Shown: piece after piece, positions 50,497-60,493 of the stretch
Numbering within the stretch: the first letter of the stretch is position 1
Layout of the letters: each line of letters starts with the position of its first letter
NCBI GenBank assembly: GCA_963422365.1
Contig: OY729426.1
Span: 2,144,001 to 2,208,000, forward strand
Direction: 5' to 3'
Source: Nitrospirales bacterium
Lineage (GTDB): Bacteria > Nitrospirota > Nitrospiria > Nitrospirales > UBA8639
DNA length: 64,000 nt
Notes under the pieces: model-generated
The model's input: only the letters and a program-made list of their open reading frames with translations
Database searches by the model: none
Told to the model about the DNA's origin: nothing
Program-made: the position numbers and the translations under genes

Positions 50497-51471
50497 CTAA
50501 CCCCGCCTAGCCGGCAGGAAGAAGCCGAGGCCCCAGCTCAGGTGCATGGTCGGCAGCACCAGGGGCAGGAGGACAGCCGCCGCATCCCGGCGCCGAATAC
50601 CCACAGCCGCCGCCCCGGTCACGAGAGCCAGCATGTAGGCGAGCGACACCGCAACTCCCCCCGTGTTTCCAGCCACGGCTAGGAATGCCGAGGCGGTCAA
50701 GCCCAGGACCAGCAGCGGGGCGGACACATGTCGAGGCCGCAGCGATCGCGGATGTCGTCGCAGCACCACCCGCTTCCATCGGCCATAGTCGAAATATTGC
50801 CGGGCGAGCAACCGCAACCGGCCGCGCGGCCGGTAAGTGACCACGAGCTCGGGATCAAACCACACCGTTCCCCCGCGTTCCCGCAGCCGCCAGTTGAGTT
50901 CATAGTCCTGATTGCGGACCAGAGTAGCGTCGTATCCCCCCACCTCCTCCAGCACCTCGCGCCGGAACGCGCCCAGGTAGACGGTGTCGACCGGTCCCTC
51001 AACGCCGCCCAACCGATAGCGGGCGTCCCCGGCTCCAAGTGGCGTGGTCATCGCCAGCGCCACAGCCCGCTCGAAGAAGGTGGTGCCGACCGGCTGTTGC
51101 CGGCCGCTGACATTGGCCGCCCCCGTCCTCTGAAGCGTCTCGACCGCACGGCGGACATAGCCGGGCGGGAACGTGGTATGGGCGTCGCAGCGCATGATGA
51201 TCTCGCTGCTCGAGGCCCGAAGCGCCGCATTAATTCCAGCCCCGGTGACCTGTTCCGGATTGGGGACCACCCGCACCGTCGGGTGGGACCGCCGGATAAG
51301 CTCGGCCATACCCGGGGTGTCGGCACCATCGGCCACGATCACCTCCACCGCCCCCGCGTACTCCTGGGTCAGCACCGAGTCGAGCGCCTCTGCAATGCTC
51401 GCCTCCGCATTGCGGGCTGGGATGAGCACTGATACTCGGGGGGGGATTCGAGATTTGTCGATGTCTGACAT
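50497..51471 (-). CDS. ExoA-like GT2 glycosyltransferase
   Basis: VSVLIPARNAE, RCDAH, DTVYLGAFRR, RNQDYELNWRLR, RQYFDYGRWK, C-terminal TMs. Confidence 0.9.
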   Translation of the reverse strand: MSDIDKSRIPPRVSVLIPARNAEASIAEALDSVLTQEYAGAVEVIVADGADTPGMAELIRRSHPTVRVVPNPEQVTGAGINAALRASSSEIIMRCDAHTTFPPGYVRRAVETLQRTGAANVSGRQQPVGTTFFERAVALAMTTPLGAGDARYRLGGVEGPVDTVYLGAFRREVLEEVGGYDATLVRNQDYELNWRLRERGGTVWFDPELVVTYRPRGRLRLLARQYFDYGRWKRVVLRRHPRSLRPRHVSAPLLVLGLTASAFLAVAGNTGGVAVSLAYMLALVTGAAAVGIRRRDAAAVLLPLVLPTMHLSWGLGFFLPARRG

Positions 51472-51594
51472 TTATGTCATCCTGTGAAGTCGCTATACCA
51501 TTTTTGGTGTCCATTTGGTACTTTCCGCGTTGTCTCGACGAGAAAAATGGGAATAATATTCTTAATAAATCAGTATTTTTGTCAAGGTTCATGA

Positions 51595-51738
51595 ATGAAT
51601 CCTACTGCCCCTCGGCTTTCTCAATCCAGGTTCCTCTCAGGTCTTCCATGCCATCAACGTTTGTATTTGGAGAGCCATGCGCCGCAATTGGCGACGGTGC
51701 TTGATGCGCAGCACCAAAGCATGCTGGACATGAGGAAA
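51595..51738 (+). pseudogene. Remnant of DUF2779 gene 5' end (homolog of ~7255-7395)
   Basis: PRLSQSRFLSGLPCHQRLYLESHAPQLAT vs PRLSKSRFLSGLQCHKRLYLEFHAPHLAT. Confidence 0.85.
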
Positions 51739-51757
51739 GACAGGGTTGCTCAAAGTA

Positions 51758-51917
51758 TTGACGGTGACGTCGCCCGTTGTCGCGATCATCGTCGCCTGAT
51801 GCCGATCCTTATGTTGAAGAAGGCGACGTCGTGAGCCGATGTCAAGTGTTGTGCATGGTTGAAGCCATGGAATTCATGAATGAAATAGAATCCGAAGCTG
51901 ATGGTCGCACGGTGCGG
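51758..51917 (+). pseudogene. Remnant of accB 3' half (homolog of ~4067-4234)
   Basis: LTVTSPVV / SSPDADPYVEEGDVVSRCQVLCMVEAMEFMNEIESEADGR; ~11-bp deletion; biotinyl Lys replaced by Glu. Confidence 0.88.
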
Positions 51918-52359
51918 GGATTCCTGTGATGCCGGGGAGCGAAGGCGAGATTCGTCAATATCGAAATTCAAGTATTAGCCGATAAACACGGTCATCAGGT
52001 CCGTTACCGGGGCGGCGGGGCCAACAGGAATGAGAGATTTGATGCCCGAGTCCAGCCCGGGCTGCAGGGGCGAAACTTCAAAAGGGTGGATTTCGCGATC
52101 CAGCCGCCAATCGACCGGGATCGGCGAGCGCTGAACAACGCCCCGCACGCCAGACTTCCCTTCCATTTCCTGGCTGATTATTGGTATGTTTGGGCCGAAC
52201 ATCTACTGATTTTCCAGGCCATTCGCAATTATTTTTGTCCGGATTCATAATTATTTTCGTTCCGCTACATCAGTTTTGTTTTCTCTGCGAAAAGATGATA
52301 TAAGTCGTTTCTTGTAATTCTTACCCGCTATACTCCTGAACATCGTCACAACATTATTC

Positions 52360-53400
52360 ATGTTTACCACAAAGGAGGATCACATATTGAATCGATGCAG
52401 AAGGCCTTTTCTCATCTTGTTCGGGGTTTCCATTCTCTTCTGCTTTCCCTTGGTCAACCACGCTGAACAACCCTTGGTTCAAGCCAACCTTGCGTATGCG
52501 CCCCAGGTCCCAGCCCCCATCACCCGATCGACTCCCGCTCGGGTGGTCGTGCACTTTGAAGCACAGGAATCCGTCGGCATGCTCACCGACGAGAAGTCCT
52601 ATAAATTCTGGAGTTTTAATGGAACGGTTCCCGGTCCTATGGTCAGAGTTCGGGTGGGAGATACCGTAGAATTCCACCTCAAAAACCACAGAGACAGCCA
52701 GTTCCCTCATAATATCGACATCCATGCGGTCAATGGACAGGGAGGAGGCGCGGCAGTGAATCTCGTGTCCCCTGGCCAAGAATCAGTCTTTGCATTCAAA
52801 ACGCTGAATCCCGGACTCTATCTTTACCATTGTTCCTCACCTATCCCCAATATCCCTGCTCATATTGCAAACGGCATGTATGGCTTGTTTTTGGTGGAGC
52901 CTGAAGAGGGTCTACCTCAAGTAGAGAAGGAATACTATGTCCTCCAAAGTGAATTTTTCACGACTCCGTCAAAGGAGAAGAACATCCTAGAGCTTTCCAT
53001 GGAAAAGGGACTGAGTGAACACCCCGATTACGTCGTGTTCAACGGGCGACAAGGCGCACTGACCGAAGATGTCACGTTAACGTCAAATGTCGGGGATACC
53101 GTCCGAATCTACTTTGGGAACATCGGGCCAAACGGCACATCGTCATTTCATATCATCGGTGAGATCTTCGACACCGTGTATGTGGAAGGGGCCATCGGGG
53201 GTTTAGTGAATCACAACGTGCAAACGACTCTTGTCCCTTCGGCAGGAGCGGTGATCGTCGAAATGAACATGGACGTGCCCGGTGATTATCTGTTGGTGGA
53301 CCATAGTATTTTCCGCGTGGCCAAAGGCGCAATCGGTTTTTTATCCGCAAAAGGCAAGGAACACCCTGAAATTTTTCAAAGCATCCAGACTGCTCAATAA
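52360..53400 (+). CDS. nirK: Copper-containing nitrite reductase
   Basis: Signal peptide; FNGTVPGP.VRV, PHNIDIHAV, YHC....IPAHIANGMYG, SSFHIIGEIFD, VDHS. Confidence 0.93.
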   Translation: MFTTKEDHILNRCRRPFLILFGVSILFCFPLVNHAEQPLVQANLAYAPQVPAPITRSTPARVVVHFEAQESVGMLTDEKSYKFWSFNGTVPGPMVRVRVGDTVEFHLKNHRDSQFPHNIDIHAVNGQGGGAAVNLVSPGQESVFAFKTLNPGLYLYHCSSPIPNIPAHIANGMYGLFLVEPEEGLPQVEKEYYVLQSEFFTTPSKEKNILELSMEKGLSEHPDYVVFNGRQGALTEDVTLTSNVGDTVRIYFGNIGPNGTSSFHIIGEIFDTVYVEGAIGGLVNHNVQTTLVPSAGAVIVEMNMDVPGDYLLVDHSIFRVAKGAIGFLSAKGKEHPEIFQSIQTAQ

Positions 53401-53425
53401 ACTCTTCCGCTCCTAATCCCCTGGC

Positions 53426-53749
53426 TCACGAGGGGTTGGGAGCCATTAAGACAAGCACTCGCAGTCTGGCTCCGGAATGATTGGTGACAGCGTGTTCTTC
53501 ACCGGCAGGGGCTAAGGTTCCCTGCCCTGGCCCCAGCACGTGTTCCTGATTGCCAACTCGAAAGGTGCCGTGCCCCTCCAACACCATATATATTTTGTCT
53601 TCGTGGACATGAACATGCCCTTTCTGCACTTGATTCGGTTCAAAACAATAGACGTCACAAAACAATCGAGGCGTGTCAAACACATTATGTTTTTTCATTT
53701 TTTCACTGGAAAATTCCTGGAAATCCTCCAAACTAATGACTTGCATCAT
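53426..53749 (-). CDS. Cupin domain protein
   Basis: GHVHVHEDKIY.VLEG.G...APAGEEHAV.N; GGAGGTG RBS. Confidence 0.88.
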   Translation of the reverse strand: MMQVISLEDFQEFSSEKMKKHNVFDTPRLFCDVYCFEPNQVQKGHVHVHEDKIYMVLEGHGTFRVGNQEHVLGPGQGTLAPAGEEHAVTNHSGARLRVLVLMAPNPS

Positions 53750-54046
53750 CCCATCACCTCCCCTTGCCATAAACCTGCCCCCTAAAAGACGTGTGCACCC
53801 TGTTCTGCCACATACACCGCTCATCTTGTTTGGTATAATCTGATCAAATCAGACTCGAACACGCAGGTATTGTACCAAAGGCACATGATGTTCCCAAGCC
53901 TGTCCTCGACTTTCTTAATCAGGGAAACAACACGTCGTATCGACTTGCTGATTCACCATTCGTCTGGATTTTGCCCTGTCGAGCCCGTTCATGGTAGCGT
54001 GGAAACAGCGTAACGGTTTTTCGCATTCAGCAAAAAGGAGCAAGAG

Positions 54047-54682
54047 ATGAACGTGGCGCAAAGAGGAAGAAGCATCCTTTTCGGTGGCACGGTGCTCCTC
54101 CATCTGCTATTCGCAGGTGTCCAGGCTGCAGAAACATTGCCGGGCGATTACGAAGTCATACAAGGTGAACGTTCTCTTCATACACCGGGGAAGGTCCTGC
54201 TTCTCGAATTTGCCGATTTTTATTGCTCTCATTGCCACCTTTTTGAGAGAGTCGTGACATCGCGCTTAAAAAAAGAATTCGGCGAACGACTGGGAGTACG
54301 ATTGGTCGGGTTTCCCGTGATTCGCGGGAAACTTCCTACGGCTTTTGAAATGTATGAGCAGGCCAGAGCAATGGGAAAAGGTCCAGAAATGAAGGAGGTC
54401 TTATTCCGCACGATTCATAAAGATAAGATTGATATTTTTGATCGAGGCCTCCGTTCACTTCTGCTTCGTGAAGTCGGGTTAGACGGCAAAGCCTTTGAGG
54501 CCGGACTGGCCAGTGGCGAGCCGTACAAGGCCTTGGAAAAAGGTACAGCCTGGGGTGAACGAATTGGCGTCAAGCATACCCCTACTGTCGTCCTGGATGG
54601 AAACCTGCTGGTCTCGAATTTGGATATCGATAATTTTCGTACGCTGATCAACGGCATTCTCAAAAGAGACCAAGTACCATAA
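54047..54682 (+). CDS. DsbA-like thioredoxin-fold protein
   Basis: Signal peptide, EFADFYCSHC, GVKHTPTVVLDG. Confidence 0.85.
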   Translation: MNVAQRGRSILFGGTVLLHLLFAGVQAAETLPGDYEVIQGERSLHTPGKVLLLEFADFYCSHCHLFERVVTSRLKKEFGERLGVRLVGFPVIRGKLPTAFEMYEQARAMGKGPEMKEVLFRTIHKDKIDIFDRGLRSLLLREVGLDGKAFEAGLASGEPYKALEKGTAWGERIGVKHTPTVVLDGNLLVSNLDIDNFRTLINGILKRDQVP

Positions 54683-54769
54683 ATTGAGAGAATCCCTGTT
54701 CGTGAAGCAGGCGTGGATTGAGCTCAGATAGTCTCACGTAGTAGGTTATCCCTCCTGGAGGAACTCCCC

Positions 54770-54982
54770 ATGGGCAAGAAAAAATTCCCGAAGGCCTCCT
54801 TTCCCGAATTGGAGGCTATGCTCAAAGACATGCAGGAATTACTCACTGATGAGTATGGAAATCCCCTTCCACCAGACCATCCACAGATTAAAAAGCTTCA
54901 AAGCCTTGCCGAACACATTGAAGCCGGCACGCCCTCCTCACCTGAAAACGAAGCCGGCGAATCATTGGCAGGCCATGCCTGA
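54770..54982 (+). CDS. Small hypothetical protein
   Basis: GGAGGA RBS; 70 aa. Confidence 0.55.
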   Translation: MGKKKFPKASFPELEAMLKDMQELLTDEYGNPLPPDHPQIKKLQSLAEHIEAGTPSSPENEAGESLAGHA

Positions 54983-55092
54983 AAACTTGTTGTATCTGTC
55001 CCAGGGCATTTGTCGTACCCTGGCTGAAAGATGAAACACCATTTGTATAATTTTTATTTTAGCTTCGCCATCCCTGCTGCGGAGGCAAGGCC

Positions 55093-56391
55093 ATGCCTCA
55101 TGGTGCCTTAGCTGAACAGATCGCCGTGGAATTCATTCGATCAATCAAGAACGTCTCAATGGTTTCTCCTGAAACGATTTTCAGATATGGGCTGATGATG
55201 ATCGCGTTGTTTATTCTAGTAGACAAAGCGCACCATGTGGTTGAGTATTGTTTTGTCGGATTGTTGATTGTGTGGGGCAGCGTCAAGCTGAGCCGTCGGG
55301 ATTACCACTTCGTCAGGACTCCACTCGATCTTCCCATCTTGCTGTTTGTCATCTGGATATTGGTGACCATCCCCTTTTCCGTGGATCCAGCGTATAGTTT
55401 GACGGAATGGCGCAAGACCGTCGTGAAAATTCTCATGTTCTATTTCGTGGTGAACGTGGTGCGCACAGAACAAGACGTGCGTTCCATTCTTCTGGCGTTC
55501 ATGCTGGGTGTCGTGGCATTGAGTGCGTTCGGCATCGTCGACCATCTGGTGAAAGGAAACAGCCTTTTCGACAAAACCAGCCACACGGCTTCTCTGTCGT
55601 CGTCAGGGCAATGGTTTTCTACGTACCTGGTGATGGGAGTTCCGTTTGTGTGGCTGGTTTTTCTGGAACGTGAGGGGAGACACGCAACATGGTCCATCGG
55701 ACTCCTCTTCGTCATGATTCTGACCGCGTTGTTCTTGTCGCATACAAGGGGAGCCTGGGTGGCCTTTTTTGCCCAATTGGCGGTATTTGGATTGCTAAAC
55801 GTTAAACACAAATGGCGAACATGGGGTCTCGTAGCTGTAACGTGTGGAGTGATCTTTATTGGTGGATCCTTGTTCAAGGAGTTTCAAGGCAATCTTGCCC
55901 ACAACATTCAGGACATTCCTCTTCCAAGTTTGTTGGCTATGAACACTATGAAAATTCGACTCGATATCTGGCAAACAACCATCGAACAAATTCTGGCCCA
56001 GCCTATCCTAGGCTATGGATACGGCAATCATACGTTTCAACAAATCAACAAAGAAATACTCGTTGGGTTTGATAATCGTTTAATGACACTGCATGTGCAT
56101 AACGCATGGTTATCTCTAGCCTATGAAGTAGGGCTGATCGGGTTTGCCTTATTCGCCTTTGTCTATTTCATGATAATCCGGGCAGCAACGCAGGGATGGA
56201 AGAAATGGAGAGGGACCTTCGTTGGAAATCTTGGCTTATGCATTCTTCTGCTGGCTGTAGGAGTGGTCACAAGAAACATGTTTGATACCATGTTTGCCGG
56301 AAGTTTGGCGTATCTGTTTTGGTTGTTAACCGGCCTGTATTTCGCCCTCAGGATTCACCAGGACACAAGCGGTCGAACATCATCAGACTAG
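55093..56391 (+). CDS. O-antigen ligase (WaaL-like)
   Basis: SHTRGAW, R..IW......I...PILGYGYG, HVHNAWL..AYEVG.IG. Confidence 0.88.
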   Translation: MPHGALAEQIAVEFIRSIKNVSMVSPETIFRYGLMMIALFILVDKAHHVVEYCFVGLLIVWGSVKLSRRDYHFVRTPLDLPILLFVIWILVTIPFSVDPAYSLTEWRKTVVKILMFYFVVNVVRTEQDVRSILLAFMLGVVALSAFGIVDHLVKGNSLFDKTSHTASLSSSGQWFSTYLVMGVPFVWLVFLEREGRHATWSIGLLFVMILTALFLSHTRGAWVAFFAQLAVFGLLNVKHKWRTWGLVAVTCGVIFIGGSLFKEFQGNLAHNIQDIPLPSLLAMNTMKIRLDIWQTTIEQILAQPILGYGYGNHTFQQINKEILVGFDNRLMTLHVHNAWLSLAYEVGLIGFALFAFVYFMIIRAATQGWKKWRGTFVGNLGLCILLLAVGVVTRNMFDTMFAGSLAYLFWLLTGLYFALRIHQDTSGRTSSD

Positions 56392-56556
56392 GCTGGCGAA
56401 GCGTTCCTGGTTGCAGTGGTCCATTGGTCGTTACGAGTTGAAACATTTTAGATAACAGGCCATGTTTCGATTTGAGAAAGATTCGTCGTCTCTGATAAAT
56501 TACCCCACCGATCCGAAATTGTTCTGCTCAGGAGGCAAAGAATTTCAGAGAAGCGG

Positions 56557-56916
56557 ATGAGTACGATTAGTTTTGACACCCATACGTTTGTGAAGCGCCT
56601 GACGCAAGCGGGCATGCCGGAAGCCCAAGCCGAAGTGCTGGCCGACTCCCAGTCCCAGCTAATTGACGATAAGCTCGCCACGAAACACGACTTGAACGAA
56701 CTAGAAGCCAGACTGACCCATGACATCAAGGAACTGGAAACCCGGCTGACCCATGACATCAAGGAACTGGAAGCCCGGCTGACCCGCGACATCAAGGAAC
56801 TGGAAGCCCGACTCACCCACAACCTGAACGAATTGGCCTTGCGGCTAACAATCCGACTCGGCTCGATGTTGGTCGTTGCCATTGGCGTCGTCGCCACGCT
56901 GGTGAAACTCCTTTAA
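56557..56916 (+). CDS. DUF1640/CCDC90-like coiled-coil protein with 11-residue repeats
   Basis: FDTHTFVKRL..AGMPEAQAEVL, LATKHDL, four ELE(A/T)RLT... units (33 bp), C-terminal TM. Confidence 0.85.
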   Translation: MSTISFDTHTFVKRLTQAGMPEAQAEVLADSQSQLIDDKLATKHDLNELEARLTHDIKELETRLTHDIKELEARLTRDIKELEARLTHNLNELALRLTIRLGSMLVVAIGVVATLVKLL

Positions 56917-56997
56917 ACCATCCTCCCCCTCTGATAGGACACTTTCCAAATGATTTTGTAACCATGATGAAACTAAATGTTCATGAATAGACACAAC

Positions 56998-57088
56998 GGA
57001 GAGGTGGCCGAGCGGCCGAAGGCAACGGTTTGCTAAACCGTCGTAGGCTAACCCCCTACCGCGGGTTCAAATCCCGCCCTCTCCGCCA
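56998..57088 (+). tRNA. tRNA-Ser (GCT)
   Basis: GGAGAGG acceptor, ACGGT-TTGCTAA-ACCGT anticodon arm, long variable arm, GGTTCAAATCC, CCA end. Confidence 0.97.
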
Positions 57089-57213
57089 TTTTTTGATCGA
57101 CTGAGGAGTTACGTCTTTACTTTACTTTACTGCCTTCCTTTTTCTTCAACCCCCAGCCATACAAGTCCTACAGAGGCGTACTCTGTTTTTACCTTTCCTG
57201 CAGGAACGTTTTC

Positions 57214-58275
57214 ATGCGTGAACAGCGTTGGGAATCCTGTCAACCTCTGAGTTTCCCGCAGGTTCTCGAACTCTTGGACCGACTTCGCGCCAAAGGGTTT
57301 CGTCCTGTTGATCCTGAAAAAGAAGTGATCTGTTATATCGAAGAGTGGCCAGTCCCATCTCCTGCTGCCATTCAGCAACTCGATCAATGGCCTCTTGAAG
57401 ACGTGACAATGATCCATGTGCTCGATGCGTGGAATGGCGATTTCTTTCTTCTGGCCGGACGTTATCATTCGATCTTCCAACGCTACCAATCGGTGAACAC
57501 GTATTGCTCAATCAGCCACCCGTGGCATCTTTCCGGCCATTTGGCCACGCTGTATCCCCTGGCCATGTTCTGGGTTGGATTTCGCCATACGCACTCATTC
57601 ATCAGAATTCGATTCCACACTTCTAAGATTATTGCCCAGGGGGAATCCTGTGACGACCACCAACAGCCAATCTGGGTAGAAGAACGGCAGACGGCGTTCC
57701 GTGAAGCCATTGAACTTCTCGACTTACCGATAGACGTCTCGATTCAAAAAGGCCGAGTGGCGCTGCGCAACACATACAAAGAGGTCCCATTTTTTTGTTC
57801 TTGGCCTGATGCGTTTGGACCGTGCCAATTCGAATTTAATTCCTCAGATTCATTCGCATTTCTCGTGCCAGCCAGCGGATTAGCTTCGACTTATCGACTG
57901 CCGACAGCACCGGTTCGAATTTACTTAACTGGCTTTTCTCAGAAGGCCCTGAATGAGTTCAAGGCTGTTGAACCTGATGTGCGCACAGTCTACCGCTGCT
58001 CTGCGCATGCCTGCCTCTTGGATCTCCCTACCCTTCTAGACATTACGGGAACAGGAGGACGATTGTACACCACGGTTTCTGAATTTCGAACACAAGCTGT
58101 TTTCCCTCATCATCCGGATGCCGCTGCCATTATCGGAATCATGGGGACGGACAATCACTATCAGCTTGAAGTCCGGTTTAATATGATACCTGTAGCCATA
58201 AATGAGATGACCTCCTGGCTCGAGGGTTTGTTCGTCTTTCCTATGACCTATGCCCCACTCTCCCCTTTTCCGTAA
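57214..58275 (+). CDS. Hypothetical protein (353 aa)
   Basis: Long ORF filling the gap between tRNA and GT9; no recognised motif. Confidence 0.7.
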   Translation: MREQRWESCQPLSFPQVLELLDRLRAKGFRPVDPEKEVICYIEEWPVPSPAAIQQLDQWPLEDVTMIHVLDAWNGDFFLLAGRYHSIFQRYQSVNTYCSISHPWHLSGHLATLYPLAMFWVGFRHTHSFIRIRFHTSKIIAQGESCDDHQQPIWVEERQTAFREAIELLDLPIDVSIQKGRVALRNTYKEVPFFCSWPDAFGPCQFEFNSSDSFAFLVPASGLASTYRLPTAPVRIYLTGFSQKALNEFKAVEPDVRTVYRCSAHACLLDLPTLLDITGTGGRLYTTVSEFRTQAVFPHHPDAAAIIGIMGTDNHYQLEVRFNMIPVAINEMTSWLEGLFVFPMTYAPLSPFP

Positions 58276-58300
58276 AAAAATCATCAACCATGCCGCTATC

Positions 58301-59299
58301 TTATAAAAACTCTTGTGCGGCATCTAAGACTTCCTCAACAGTGATCAACTTCATGCAGCTTTGCTCTCCTCGGAAACAGCCAGGATGAAAGCACTCCCGA
58401 CAATCAAGCCCCTTATAGATCGTCTTGGTGTCTTTCCCTCGTGGTCCCCAGACGGCCGGATTCGATGGGCCGAACAGAGCAACAACGGGACATCCAACTG
58501 CTGCGGCGATGTGCATCGGTCCTGCATCGTTGCCGACAAAGAGGCGACCGTGCCGCATCAGCGCGGCCAATTCCAACAGGCTTGTTTTTCCAAGAAGAGA
58601 AGCGATAGGATGTTGGGCAGCCTTCAAAATTTCCGTTTCCAGGATCTGTTCATTCCGGCTTCCCACCAATACGACCTGAAATCCCTTTTCATATAAAACA
58701 TCTGCTAATGCCGCGAATCGATCAGAGGGCCACGCCTTAAACCAATAGCGAGCCGCAGGATGAATCATAATCCACTGTTTCTGATCTAGCGACAAGGTTT
58801 CCAGCATTCGATGAGCCTGTTCATAGTCTTTACTGGAGAGCGGCAAAATGGGCTCTCCTCCCTGTATGGGAAGACCCAGCGGTGAAAAGGCCATCGCATG
58901 ATAGTCAATCACGTGCATGGCTTCGTAGGAAGCCTTGACACAATGCGAATACAGCCGTCCGCGCAAGCGGTCCTCATGATTAAAGCCGATGCGCAGGCAT
59001 GCTCCTGTGACACATGAAATGATCGCCGACCTATCACCATCCGTGAGGTCCACAACGCAATCAAAACCCCGTGCGCGTAATCCACGAGAAAACTGCACTT
59101 GGTGGATCATTCCTGTACGCGGGAGACAAAGCACCTCATCGACATCGGGGTTGTATCGCAGCACGTCGTCGGTTCCAGGATTCACCAGCATCGTGACCCC
59201 AGCGTCAGGGAAACCCTGACGTAACACGCGTAAAAACGGCGTGGTGAGCAGCACATCTCCAATGTAGCGAAGTTTAATGACGAGAATGTCATGAATCAC
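58301..59299 (-). CDS. GT9 LPS heptosyltransferase (WaaQ-like)
   Basis: ILVIKLRYIGDVLLTTP, HP.AR..FKAWP, GNDAGPMHIAAAVG.P.VALFGP. Confidence 0.9.
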   Translation of the reverse strand: MIHDILVIKLRYIGDVLLTTPFLRVLRQGFPDAGVTMLVNPGTDDVLRYNPDVDEVLCLPRTGMIHQVQFSRGLRARGFDCVVDLTDGDRSAIISCVTGACLRIGFNHEDRLRGRLYSHCVKASYEAMHVIDYHAMAFSPLGLPIQGGEPILPLSSKDYEQAHRMLETLSLDQKQWIMIHPAARYWFKAWPSDRFAALADVLYEKGFQVVLVGSRNEQILETEILKAAQHPIASLLGKTSLLELAALMRHGRLFVGNDAGPMHIAAAVGCPVVALFGPSNPAVWGPRGKDTKTIYKGLDCRECFHPGCFRGEQSCMKLITVEEVLDAAQEFL

Positions 59300-59363
59300 T
59301 CGACTTTCCGCTCTTTCAGAAAAAGGTGTGCCAGGCAAAGAGTGACTGATTTATGCGTAGAGG

Positions 59364-60467
59364 TTAAGCACACAGATCTTCATAGACGCTCAAGGTTTTC
59401 TCGGCGGTTCGTTGCCATGTAAAACGATTCGCTTGTTTCAACCCCTTGGCGATGAGTGTGTGACGGAGCGACTCATCTTCGATAATCCGCAACAAAGCCT
59501 TCAGCAGATCCGTTTCGTCGTGAGGATTCATGAACAGCGCCGCATCCCCTGCAACTTCAGGAAGCGCCGTCACATTGGAGGTAATCACCGGCGCGCCGCA
59601 AGCCATGGCTTCGAGCACAGGGAACCCAAACCCTTCATAAAGCGATGGAAAGAGAAAGGCCGTGGCATGAGAATAGAGCAGACGCAACACGTATCTTGAC
59701 ACGGTGCCCACGCAATGCACATGTTCGGCAATACCCATGGCCCGAGCCGTCTCTAAGAGATCATCGCCACGAGACTGCCGGCTTCCGACCATAATCAAGG
59801 GGTACTCACGTAACAGCGCAGGGGCTTGGCTCAATGCTTGACAGATGAGTCGATGATTTTTCCGCGGATCGGCTCCCCCGACAAACAACAAATATGCCCC
59901 GTCGGGAAGCCCGAGGGCATGCTTCGTCTTGTTCCAGGCTGACTCATCATGATCTGGATAAAACCCGTCTGGCACCCCGTGATAAACCACGTGGACGCGA
60001 TCCGAAGGACAGTTCATCCATTCTTGAAGATCTCGTGCCGTAGACTGAGACACGGCGATAACTCGCTGAGCCGAGCACACGCGCCGCTTCAGTCGCTGCA
60101 ACGCCCATCGTTCGCCACCCGCCTTCTTGGTGTATTGAGGATACCGTGACAACCACAAATCATGAATCGTGAGAACGGTCCCAAAAGAACCCTTGGTTTG
60201 GAGCTTGAAATTCGTCCCATGATACACGTCTAAGTGGTCCCGTCTCCCTATTGTTCGCCGATTCCACCACCGTACGGGTGACCATGACGCGGCGTCTGTT
60301 GTTGTCGCTACTCTCAACTCTTCTGGCAAGAAGGTACCTTGAGGAGTATAGAGCCAAAACTCATGAGACGACTTGAGATTTAGCAATGATTGCACTAAGC
60401 ACCGCACGTATTGCCCCACTCCGCCTTGACTCCCGAGTACAGGCCCCGCGTCAATCCCCACCCGCAT
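59364..60467 (-). CDS. GT4 family glycosyltransferase
   Basis: [36 protein letters not shown]. Confidence 0.92.
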   Translation of the reverse strand: MRVGIDAGPVLGSQGGVGQYVRCLVQSLLNLKSSHEFWLYTPQGTFLPEELRVATTTDAASWSPVRWWNRRTIGRRDHLDVYHGTNFKLQTKGSFGTVLTIHDLWLSRYPQYTKKAGGERWALQRLKRRVCSAQRVIAVSQSTARDLQEWMNCPSDRVHVVYHGVPDGFYPDHDESAWNKTKHALGLPDGAYLLFVGGADPRKNHRLICQALSQAPALLREYPLIMVGSRQSRGDDLLETARAMGIAEHVHCVGTVSRYVLRLLYSHATAFLFPSLYEGFGFPVLEAMACGAPVITSNVTALPEVAGDAALFMNPHDETDLLKALLRIIEDESLRHTLIAKGLKQANRFTWQRTAEKTLSVYEDLCA

Positions 60468-60493
60468 GACACCCCCTCACCACGTCGTCGCAA

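Larger units (their letters stand above)
32600..51500. mobile_element. Horizontally acquired surface-glycan island (mosaic GC; no integrase seen)
   Basis: GC rise versus flanks, glycan-only cargo, several pseudogenes; boundaries approximate. Confidence 0.6.

Noticed and set aside
51920..52250. ORF 51975-52202 and an FNR box upstream of nirK
   Set aside because: The ORF has no recognisable family, and no TTGAT-N4-ATCAA match was seen.
26553..56830. Tandem repeats at 26.6, 41.9 and 56.7 kb as CRISPR arrays
   Set aside because: Units are contiguous, in-frame multiples of 3 inside CDSs, with no unique spacers.
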